The translations under genes and the position numbers were made by a program. 64,000 nt of DNA from Camelus ferus. Lineage: Eukaryota. The DNA lies in the NCBI RefSeq assembly GCF_009834535.1, contig NC_045696.1, positions 121,646,001 through 121,710,000 on the forward strand. Direction: 5' to 3'. The notes under the pieces are model-generated. The model was not told the origin of the DNA. It saw only the letters and a program-made list of their open reading frames with translations, and ran no database searches. Shown one piece after another: positions 53,646 to 64,000 of the stretch (its first letter is position 1; each line of letters opens with the position of its first letter).

Positions 53646-54385
53646 CATCCTCAATAACTGAGAACAGAAACAGAAAAGAAAAGAAAACCTGATGTCCCTG
53701 AAAGTGCTCCCTGATTTCAGGGCAGAGGAATGTAATACTGGACTAGAAGGTACACACCCTGTGACCTCAGAGGGCCCTCCCACGTGAGGGCGCTCAGGAA
53801 GCCTTGGCACGGGCCTCCAGCCCAGGAGCAGGGGCAGAGGGCCTTGGAGGGGTTTCCTTGGGGGCCATGGTTTTCTTTTTTCAAAAAAAAAAAAAAGTCT
53901 ATACTAACAATTTGACAAGGACTACTGATGTGTCTTCAAATATTGGATTCTAATGAGAGCTTTTGCATGCCTTAGTAAGTCAGTGAAGACCACATTTAAA
54001 AAGAGAATTTCTAGGGCTCCTGCTATTTCAATAGTAAGTAGCTTGAAGACAGGGATGGTTTTATTAATTCAAAATGTGAAAAAGTGTGCGGTCTTCCAGT
54101 CCCAGGAGTAAGTCATTCACACATGAAAGCCCAGAACAGGTTCAGGTGTCTCTGAGTCATTCAAAGGCGGGTCACAATGAGGGCCTTGTCCTGTGGGGGC
54201 TTGGCCCTCAGTGGGAAGAGCTCTTTCTGCACAGAGTTCAGGGATGTGGCAGGGGATGCACATTCTCAAACAAGGATGAGGATGAAGACCCTCTGCATCC
54301 ATGGAGTGTGTGTCCTTGTGTCCTTTATGTTCTCCTTTTCAAGTTGCACCAGATTGTTAAGTACAGAGTTTTCAACCTCTTGAAT

Positions 54386-54420
54386 ATACAAATGAGCTGA
54401 GGTCTCCTAGGTTAAATATG
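54386..54420 (+). promoter_or_regulatory. Degenerate VH promoter (mutated octamer plus TATA-like box)
   Basis: ATACAAAT at 54386-54393 sits where ATGCAAAT is expected (about 105 nt upstream of the ATG), followed by TAAATAT. Confidence 0.75.
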
Positions 54421-54498
54421 GATAACCTGAGCTGTGGGAGTATCATGCAACAGTCACACCCCCTCCTTCACAGACGCCCTGAGAGCACAGCCCTCACC

Positions 54499-54935
54499 AT
54501 GGATTGCAGCTGAAGAATCCTCCCCCTGGTGGCAGTGGTTACAAGTCAGGGGCTCCTTAGTCTCTGGGATGAGGAGGGATCCAGGACCCGTCAACTAGTG
54601 CTCATCCAGCTCTGCCTCTTGTGCACAGGCGTCCACCTGCAGGTCCAGCTGCTGCAGTCTGGGGCTGAGCTGAGGAAGCCTGGGGCTTCAGCAAAGGTCT
54701 CCTACAAGGCTTCCTGATACACTTTCGCCAGCTACAACGTGCACTGGGTGGAGCAGGCCCCTGGAGAAGAGCTTGAGTCAATGGGATGAACTGACTTCAA
54801 AGACGGTGCCACAAGCTATGCAGAGAAGTTCCAGGGCAGGGTCACCTTGACCAAGGACACGTCCACCAGCACAATCGACATGAAGGTGAGCCCTCTGATA
54901 TCCAAGGACATGGCTATGTACTCCTGTGTGAGAGA
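54499..54935 (+). pseudogene. Unrearranged immunoglobulin heavy variable pseudogene, IGHV1 (clan I) family
   Basis: Leader exon 54499-54544 ([14 protein letters not shown]), 84-nt GT..AG intron 54545-54628, V exon from 54629: [96 protein letters not shown]. Stops occur at 54511, 54715 and 54787, and the first conserved Cys is replaced by Tyr. Confidence 0.96.
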
Positions 54936-54974
54936 CACAGTGAGACAAACCACATCTTGAGTGTGTCAGGAACC
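54936..54974 (+). other. Recombination signal sequence (23-RSS) of the IGHV pseudogene
   Basis: Heptamer CACAGTG (54936-54942), exactly 23-nt spacer, and nonamer TCAGGAACC (54966-54974), one mismatch from the IGHV1-type TCAGAAACC. Confidence 0.93.
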
Positions 54975-55479
54975 CTGAGGGACAAGGAGACTGTGCAGGG
55001 GGAGGGGACACAGGGATGACGGGGTTAAAGGCTTCCTTTGAAAATGGGGTTGGAAACATGTGTTCCCTGTGATGTTCCATACAAGAAATGCCCTGTAAGC
55101 AAAACTTAGGGAGTGAGGAGAAGCTAAAGGAATTAATGTAGATACAAGCATCCCCATGAAGTTTTTGTGTGGACTTAAGTCTGTAAGTGATTTGAGGAGC
55201 TACATTAGAGCACAACTACCCCATCAGATGGAAAGTCCAGGTTTATCTCCACAGAAAAGTGCTAAGACGTCTTCAGGTGGTTTAGTCACTTTGCATTCCC
55301 ACCATAAGTGACACAGGGAACTCACTGTGACTAAAAATAAAGCATAATCTTCCCCCTTTGCAAAGAAATTACAAGTATAAAAGAAAATCATGTTGCAAAG
55401 ATGCCTCCATACCAGGAAGAGAAATACATCTGCCAAGAAGTCTGGTTTTTTTCATGATGACTGATATCCACCACTTTGG

Positions 55480-58400
55480 GATAAATGCATGAACAAAGTG
55501 AGAATTTCAAAAAAGATAGAATATTTAAGGAAGTACCAAACAGAAACTACAGAGCTATAGCATAAAATAACTACACTGAAAAATTCAGTAGAGAGGTTTA
55601 ATAGCATATTAGACAAAGCATAAGGAAAAATCAGTGAATTTAAAGGCAGGGCAGTGAACTACATTCAATCAGTGGTGCAAAAATAAATGAAATAGTAAAC
55701 ATTGCTAGAGGGACATACGAGACATTATCAAGTGGAACAATGTGTAGATTATACAGGTTCTAGAAGAAGAAAAGAGGGAGAAGAGGGCAGAAAGAGTTGT
55801 TTGTTTGTTTGTTTTTAATGGTTGAAAACATTTCTAACATGAAGGAAAAAAGAAATACCAGATCCAGGAAGCCCAGGTAGTTTGAAATAAGATGAATCTA
55901 AAGAGACCCACACCAAAGCAAATTAAAATTAAATTATCAAAAGTTAAAGCAAGGGGAAAACTGTAAAAGCAAGAAGAGAAAAGTGACTTGTTATGTACAA
56001 GGAAACCCCATAAGACAATCAGCAGAGTATTTAGCAGAAACTTTGAGGGTTTGAAGAAAAGAAAAAGAAAGCCCTCCCAACCAAGAATGCTCTACCCAGC
56101 AAAGTAGTCCTTCAGATCTGCAGGCAAGGGAAGAGTTTTGGAGACAAGCAAAGGCTGAAAAGAGGTCGTCAACACTAGAGCAACCTTACAAAAATTCTTA
56201 GAGAAAAATGTTCATGCCAAAACATTGCTAATTATCAGGAAAACGTGTGAAAGTATACATCTCAATGGCAAAGGAAAATGTATGGCTAAGTTCGGAATAC
56301 GCTAATGTTGTACTAGTGATGGGTAAATCACTTATAAATCTAGCATGGGGGCTGTAGACAGAAGTGGTAAGATTAACTATAAGTGCATAAAGTAGCAAGG
56401 ATAAAAAGGTGACAACTGTGATATCAGAAACATAAAATATGAGAGAGACAGTGAGAATGAAGAGCTCTAGTATGCATTCAAATCTAAGAAGTTATCATCT
56501 TAAAATAGACTGACATAAGTGTAAGGTATTTCACACCAGCCAGACAGCAACCAAAAAGCAAAAAACTTATAATCAATACGCAGAAGATAAAGACAAAAGA
56601 ATCAAACATACCACTACAGAAAAATCTTCAAATCCCCAAAGGAGAGGAAAAGAAGTTAGCAACAAATGCAGTGCGGAAGAGCCGGGAAACAATGAACAAG
56701 AGAGCAACACGAGTTTGCAGTTATCCATGGTTACCTTAAACTTGAATGGGCTAAATTCTCATCAAAAGATACTGAGTGGTACACAGACACAGAAAACAAC
56801 CTAGGGCTACCAAAGTGGAAAGGGGAGGGGGGAAGGGATAAATTAGGTGTTTGGGATTAACAAATACACACTACTATATATAAAATAGATTAAAAACAAA
56901 AAAACAACCAAGGACCTACTGTATAGCACAGTAAATTATATTCAATATCTTACAATAACCCATATCTCATAATGGAAGAGATTCTTAAGATATATATATA
57001 TTAGAATATAATATAATATACATTATATTATATATAATATATATAATCTGAATAACTTTGCTGTACACTTCAAACTAACACAACATTGAAAATCAACTAT
57101 ACTTCAGTTAGAAGAAGAAGCTCTGAAAAGAAAAGATACTGAGTAGCCAAATAAATAGAAGACCTGGCTATATCCTGCCAATACAAGTTTCACTTCAGTT
57201 CTTAGGTGCACACAAATTAAAAGTCAAGTGATGGAAAAAGATATTTCATGCAAATGGAAAACAAAAGAAAGCAGGGAAAGTTATATTGATATCAGACAAA
57301 AGAATGCTTTGAGCCTAAAACTGTAATGAAAGACAAAGAAGGTCAGCCTATAACGAAAAAGGGTCACCCCAAGAACAGGATATAACATTTGTAAATACTT
57401 ATGTACCCAACATAGGGGCACATGAATATTAAGCAAATATTAACAGACCTGTAATGAGACATAGGCATAAATGCAGTAACAGTAGGCAACTTTAAAATCT
57501 CACCTTCAAGAATAGATTATCCAGATTAAAAAAGGCAATGAAGAAACAATGCTCTTGAACCACACGTGAGACCATATGGACTCACCAGACCCTCACAGAG
57601 CATTCCACCTGAGAACAGGAGGATGCACGTTCTTCTCAAGCACATGTGGAACATTCTCCAAGGTGAATTAATTGTATGTTAGGTTACAAAACAAGTCTCA
57701 ATAAATATAAGAAGACCGAAATCACATTAAGCATTTTCTTTCTGATCACAGATACAAAACTAGAAAACAATTACAAAAATAAAACTAGAAAAGTTACAAA
57801 TATTTGAGATTAAAACACATGCTACTAAACGGTCAGTGGGTCAAAGAAGACAGAAAAGAGAGATCAAAAAAATCTAGAGACAAATAAAAATGGAAATTCA
57901 GAACTCCAAAATATGGGACTCAGCAAAAGCAGTTCCTAGAGGAAACTTCGTAACAATAAATACCTACTTTAAGAAACAGAAAAGATCTCCAATAAACAAA
58001 GAAATTTTACAAAGAATTAATATTTCCCTGGAACATCCAGGAGGAAGGCAGCCCTGCCAATACCTTGATTTTAGCTCAGTGTGACCCATTTTGGACTTCT
58101 GACTTTTGGAATAAATTTGCACGGCCTCAGCTTTGTGGTAATTTGCTATAGCAGCCACAGCCAGCCAGTACACCGGCGCATGCTTTCACCTGCCTTGCGG
58201 CCTCCTGCAAACACAGAATGAAATAAGGAAGAAACCTAAAACAACAACAACAACAACAAAAAAACCCAAAGTAATTTTACACATCAAGGCCTAGAGAGAG
58301 AAAAGAAAACTAAGCCCAAAGGTAATAGGAGATAGGAAGTAACAAAGAGTTGAGAGGACAGAAATGAAATAGAAACTAAAAAGACAACAGAAAAGATCAG

Positions 58401-59625
58401 AACGGAAATAGACAAACCTTCAGGTAGACTCACCAAGAGAGGACTCAAAATAAATAAAATTAGACACAAAAGAAGAGATGCTATAGCTTGTACTACAGAT
58501 ATACAGAAGATCACGAGAGCCCACTATGAACAATTTTCACCAACAGAGTGGATAACCCAGGAAAAAACTGGTGAGTCCTTTGACTCTTAGATCAACCAAG
58601 GTTGAATCAATAAAAAAAAAACCAGAAAATCCAAAAGACACCAAAATGAGTGAGAAGATTGAATTGGTGATCAAAAACATTAAAACAAAAGAAAATTTTA
58701 GGACCAGATGGCCTTACTAATGGATTCTACCCAACAGTTTAAAAAGAGTGAATACCAGTCTTTTATGAACTCTTCCAATACTAGAAGACGGAATTTTTTT
58801 TTTGTTCTTTGGTTTTTGTTTTACCAATTTTATGAGGCCAGCATTATCCTGATTCCAAAACCACAAAGGACACTACTAGAGAAAAAAAAAAAAGTACAAG
58901 CCAATACACTGGTGAATATGGATGCATGAATTCTCAGCAAACTAAATTCACCAAACGGTTACACAGACCAAACACCATCAAATGGGATTTCTTCCAGTGA
59001 TGGTGATTCCATATGATCATCTCAATAGATGTAGAAAGAAAAAAAAAATCCATTTATGGTAAACACTCTTAAAAAATGGGTAAAAAGGAAATATCTCTCA
59101 ACATAACCAAGGCACATTTGATCAACTCAAAGGTAACTTTATACTCCACAGCTAAAAGCTAAAAGTGTTTTCTTCTAAAATCAGAAACAGGACAAAAAAG
59201 CCCACTCTCACCACTTACGCTCCACACGGCACTGGAAATTTTAGCCAGAGTAATTAGACAAGGTAAACAAAATATATACAAATTAGAAAGAAAGAAAGAA
59301 AACTGTCTTTATTTTCAGAAGACATGATATTATTTATAGAAAACCCTGAAGGCCCGATCAATAAGTTGTGAAAATGAATAAACCATTTCAGGAAAGTTGT
59401 GGAATACAAAATTAATATACAAAGTCAACTTAGTTTCTATATGATAACAACAAACCTTCAGAACTAAAAATAAAGAAAACCATACTTTTACAATTTCATT
59501 AAAAAGTATAAAATACCCAAGAATAAATTTAACCAACTATGTGAAAGATCTGAACACTGCAATGTTATTAAACATCCATGAAAGAAACTGAAGACACAAA
59601 CAAATGAGATCTTTTGTGCTCATGG
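55480..59625 (+). mobile_element. Long degenerate L1 (ORF1 through ORF2 RT region) with nested insertions
   Basis: ORF1-like (agatccaggaagcccag, ccaagaatgctctacccagcaaag) and ORF2 EN/RT motifs. A nested L1 tail at about 56780-57130 has TSD aaaagatactgagt (56764-56777 / 57131-57144), and an MLT1 piece lies at about 58025-58172. Confidence 0.88.
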
Positions 59626-60288
59626 AATGGCTCCCCCCTGCATGCCAGAGTCCCTGATAGGCACATCTATCTAATTTTCTGGTGGAATTCCAGTGAATGC
59701 AACATTCAACCTCCTGGTCTCTCCAGAGTGTCATAGTTTACACTAGGTGGGAGCTGAACCCACATCACAATCACCCACAGCCACTCCAGAAGGGGACAGA
59801 CGATGCTGGCTGGGAGCAGCCCTCTGTTACCCTGAACCCATTTCAGGTTACCTAGAGGGAGAGGACAATCCCAGTGTGCAAGAGCACTCACTTAGAGAAT
59901 GTCCTCAATCTGTCCCTAAGGAAGCCCGTGGCAACTATTGTTAACACTGGGACCAGCAAACTCAGGTCCAGACCCAGCTGCTGTCCCACATCTCCTCTGC
60001 TGGCCGAAGTCCCAGGCTTGGTTTGCTCACTGAGAGTTTACAAAATATTAGAGGACACAAACAAATGATTTTTGAAGATTTTTTCAGTGAGCTGATCAGC
60101 GACCTATCAGAGACCTGAGGTGGAGACGTCCATGCCTCTTGACCACCCCCGATATGTGCAAGTCCTCCAGTGTCTCTTCAAGGGTCCTAGAATGTGAAAT
60201 TCAGCTTTGCCATCTTAACTGACTTAATCACAGAGTTTACTTCTGTATTGCCTATGGCCGTACAGGGCTTGGGAGGCTGGTTTATCAT

Positions 60289-60601
60289 TTATTTTGTACC
60301 TTCTGTCACTTCCTGCACTGTGGAGGTCTTGATAACTTTATACTTCTGGCTATGCCAAACAGGAATGCAGCTATGAAGGCATACATGTGACCAAAGATCA
60401 CTATCAAATACACCACTGATTCTTGGCTTTGTTTTACTGACCACATCATTCTTCGCGGGAGTCCTTTATCTCTGCTCCACCAGCACCTTTATTTACACAA
60501 TACGGAGGATCCCAGCCTACATGGCAATGACAGTTCCTTCTATTGTTGCAAATTCCTTTAAAACTGCATTTCTCAGGGTTACAATCATATGTTATTGCAA
60601 C
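60289..60601 (-). pseudogene. ADAM6: ADAM6-like (testis ADAM4/6 group) 3' coding remnant: EGF-like domain, transmembrane helix, short tail
   Basis: My translation of the minus strand from 60601 is VAITYDCNPEKCSFKGICNNRRNCHCHVGWDPPYCVNKGAGG [1-nt frameshift] RDKGLPRRMMWSVKQSQESVVYLIVIFGHMYAFIAAFLFGIARSIK [probable second frameshift] VIKTSTVQEVTEGTK*. The CNN..NCHC..GW.PP.C motif is diagnostic of ADAMs. The intronless form and TM/tail sequence match ADAM6 as I recall it. The remnant is truncated at an LTR. Confidence 0.85.
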
Positions 60602-61073
60602 TGTCGATTGAAATAAATGCACTGCCTAAAAGTAGAGAGTTGTTTTATTTGGTGGGAAGACTCGAGCCAGAATGACAGCCTCTCAGATCGCTCTGAGGGA
60701 CTGCTCCTAAGAGGTAGGGGAGGAGCTAGGATATACAGGAGTTTTACAACAAAGACCAGGTAGTCGGAACATTAAAAGATTACTTATTATTGGAAGAAAA
60801 CAAGGCTTCTCATGTTAAAGAATTTAGCACTTTTCTATGTATGGGAGGAAGCAGACATTTGGGCTCATTGGCTTCATTCCTTTAACAAACACCTAGCTAT
60901 TTAGGGCCAGTGTCCTTTCTTGTTCTGAGTTCCCTCAGAGGGCACCACTGTGAGTGGCTGCAGAGGTTGGGCTGCAGGCTTGCCCTCGCTGGGGGGTGGC
61001 AGCAGCCGCTGATGACTTCATGGCTTCAGCATTCTTTGTTTGCTGATGTGGTTTGCGATATTTTTCCTTCACA
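60602..61073 (-). mobile_element. MER41-like ERV1 LTR without matching TSD
   Basis: Minus strand TGTGAAGGAAAAATATCGC...AATAAA...CAATCGACA; homologous to 26826-27360. Flanks caac / atgg differ. Confidence 0.78.
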
Positions 61074-62338
61074 ATGGCAAACACACCATTGCCCCCAGAT
61101 GCAGCCGCCCCCCCCCCACCTGTTGCTCCGAGTCTGATCAGGACCCTAGATCTACCCCCCTACCCCCCTGGTTTCAGGAAGTGCAGGGACAGGGGAAGTT
61201 GTGGGACAAGCCGGGGTTTGGGGGGCACAGTGACCAAACCCAGAGTTGAGCTCCCACAAGGGATGGAGAGGTATGGGGTTAAAGAGGCGGCATCGGTCAA
61301 ATCCAAGGAGGGCCACTGCATGGATCCAGGTCCACAGAAACAAGCACAGAAAACTGTTAATAAAAGTCAGGGGAACTTAGGCAGACTGAACACCCAGGCA
61401 TCGATTTCACCATGGGTTTTAAAAGGAGCACACTTACCTGGTCCCGGGACACAGGCCGTTGCAGCTGCAGTGACAGGACGTCTCCGATTTGATTGAGAAC
61501 CCTCCACAGGAGGACACACATGGGTTCATTTTCCTAATAAAAGCTTTAAAAATTATGTAAGAGTGATTAAAAGAAGGACCTTAATGAAGAAAGTGAAAGG
61601 AAATACACTTACTGATCAAACTCGGGGTGGTTTGCCCAGTCACTCGGGTTATATATCGTTTGCTGGTGACGTGTAGGTCAAGAAGCTGAACAGGGTGCTG
61701 GGGTCCCAGATCGTGAGGGCTGGCAGCTGGGGGCCAGATGGCAGCTGCAAACCCCCTTCTGGAGGGTTACCCATCCCTCAGACTGGAAGTCCATGGGCCT
61801 CTGCAGGTGCGCCCAGCCCTCCTCCCGCTCCCCCTGCGGGCATCTTCAGCCCCAAGACATCACCTCATCAGCCTTCCAGGAAGTCTGAACCAGGGGCAGA
61901 GCAGAGTACTGTGGTTAAGGCCGTGTGTGCAGGGCCAGACCATCAGGCTCTTACCTCCTTTTCACTGTGTGCCTTTGGGCAAACCTTGACCTCTCTGGGT
62001 CTCAAAGTCCTCATCTGTAAAATGGGTGTCATGATGCACCCAGGACCCTCCTCACAGCAGGGCACTTGAGGTGTAAGTGGGACTGTGGCCTGGCACATAG
62101 CACCTGGCCTGTGGTCACTTCAGACCAATTCCATGGCCTCTGACACATGAACTGGGGGTCTGGCCACCAGGACTCAGCCTGGGGCAGCTCAGTGAAGTGC
62201 ACTGAGTGCCTGCTGTATGCACATGGAGGCTAAGGGAGACCCCAGCCTGGGGTTCCCCAGAACTGTGTCCTGTAGGAAGAGACCCACAGAACGGACCTGG
62301 GGGGGACAATGTTACCAGCCCCCCAGCCCCCGCCACAC

Positions 62339-62865
62339 TGATGTAGGAAAAATGGACGTGCAGCGTAAGGCAGCGTCCCAGGTCTCGGTTGAGCCCCTGG
62401 GACGTGCCCTGCCAAGTGTTGGTCCTTGGCTTCCTACAGTAAAGAATTCAAGAGTGAGCCACAGTTGAGTAAAGGTAGATTCATTTAGAGAGATACATAG
62501 TGCAGAGAGCTTAGGCTGTTTCAGAAGGCAAGACGTTGGTGTCGCAGTATCACGTTCACATACACACCGTACGCGGAGAGAGCTGACGGCTACTCTAAAG
62601 CCTCACTAAGTTACACAGTCTTACACAGCAAAGAAGAATGATAAGGGGAATGCTTAACAGGCAGCGTCTGGCTCAAGGTCAGAAGACCCTTTCTCTTTTG
62701 GTAAATCATGTTCGTGTTGGCACCAGCGAGCCTTACAGTTTATCAGGGCGGAATGTATGAGAAACAGCTGCTTCACAACGTTCTTCTCGGACTCAGGTGG
62801 CTGTGCCCGTCTTAGGTTCCCCCTTTGGGGATCTTACCCGTCATTGGCTAACCAGCCTTCTCACC
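62339..62865 (-). mobile_element. ERV1-type LTR
   Basis: R/U5 (aaagaattcaagagtgagc...aaaggtagattcatttagagagatacat) is an inverted homologue of about 52530-52670. Confidence 0.65.
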
Positions 62866-62890
62866 TCTGAGTCTGCAGCTTTTTAGAACT

Positions 62891-64000
62891 TGTTTACCAT
62901 TCCAGCCCAAGGCTCCTTCCTTTGTTCTCACAGTCGGAGGGCTACACAAGAGAAAGGCCAAGAGGTGTCGGAGTTGGGTGCTCAGGTTAGAGTAAAAGTA
63001 GGCACACACTCCACAGGCAGACTGCAGGCCGTTTCCGAAGAGGAGGGAACAAAAAGGGTAGCCACAAAGTGAGATGCTGCCACTTTTTATGGTCTTGTGG
63101 TGGGAGGACCAGTCTAACTAGCCTGAGGAAGGGGCTGGGGTTCCCAGGAAGTGGGCCACTGCCCACTGTGGACCTCCTATGGTCAGCCTTGGAGCTGTCG
63201 TGACACCTGTGGGCATGTTACTCACCATAATGTATTACAAAGGGCGTATAATGAAGCTCAGGGTCTACTAGAAGTCAAATCTCCCATCGTCTTGAGCCTC
63301 AAGGCCTACTGGGGGTTGAATCTTCCACTGTCCTAGTGTTAACTGCTGTCATTCCTCAATGGCTGTGCCCTGCCCCCTTCCCTCCTGTCTCATTCCCCCC
63401 TCAGAGATTTTACTCCCATAATCTTATGGGGTTGCAGAGGGGCGAAGGTCTGTCTTCCGAAACTACTTCCAGGCTGAGTAGGGGCGTTGACCCTGCCTAT
63501 CAGGGAGTAAAAATCTCTGAATGCCTAATCTAGGGGCCCAGGGGCAGGGCAGCCTTTCCTTTTTTGCCTCTGAGGGCAGTCATGGGTGGAACCCTGCCAT
63601 AGCCATCATCTGATGCGGGGCTTCTGGAACCCACTGTTTCCAGTGACTTCTGATGTATCTTCTTAAAGATGGAGCACCTTGTAACAGCAGCTTAACAGTC
63701 TATAATGACAAAGACTTATAAGGGATGGTTAAACATCTGTAACTGACAAAGAGAGACGTGTTTACAGTTAGTAGCACTATGACTGACCAAATTTAACTCA
63801 ACATACCAAATACTCCTAGTTAATTTAATATCTACGATGCCTCAGGTTTCCTTGAAAACTTCTCAGAGTTAGCAGGAGCTACAAAGAACTTTTAGAATTT
63901 GTTAAATACTTAAAATCCTGATTATGCATGAAACTCTTTTTTAGTATTTCTTCTTAACAAAACTGTTTTACTGAGAATATACATCTTTTCCACTGCATAC
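62891..64000 (-). mobile_element. 3' end of an ERV provirus: 3' LTR (62891-63392), polypurine tract and internal sequence running off the window
   Basis: On the minus strand, GAGGGGGGAA immediately precedes the LTR start TGAGACAGGAGGG, which is the PPT-3'LTR junction. Confidence 0.75.

Noticed and set aside
60289..60322. CACTGTG with an upstream T-rich nonamer-like motif as a D/J RSS
   Set aside because: The spacer is 18 nt, not 12 or 23, and the sequence lies within the ADAM6 remnant.
1..64000. CRISPR arrays, operons or prokaryotic defence systems
   Set aside because: The sequence is clearly mammalian, with no regularly spaced repeat-spacer array or gene-dense operon.

Overview
Mammalian non-coding DNA, almost certainly camelid (alpaca, llama or camel), judged from about 11 copies of the tRNA-Ala-derived Vic-1-type SINE and artiodactyl-type L1 3' ends. 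I see no intact protein-coding gene; the ORF track is mostly noise or repeat-derived. Supported genes are two minus-strand tRNA-Cys(GCA) genes 2.56 kb apart (33164-33235 and 35722-35793). Pseudogenes are a processed RPS7 copy with poly(A) and target-site duplication (TSD) at 43693-44363, a complete unrearranged IGHV1-family pseudogene with promoter, leader intron and 23-RSS (54386-54974), and a frameshifted ADAM6-like 3' remnant on the minus strand (60289-60601) that the ORF track misses. The rest is a dense mosaic of L1, ERV1/ERVL/MaLR LTRs, MER DNA transposons, MIR/L2 and microsatellites. The most notable structure is the IGHV + opposite-strand ADAM6 pair, an arrangement characteristic of the IGH locus. 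It lies about 19 kb from a tRNA-Cys pair that probably marks a non-IGH region, which suggests a transposed IGH fragment (orphon). I found no evidence for a novel functional system beyond this. Repeat family names are from recalled consensus sequences and need RepeatMasker/Dfam confirmation.
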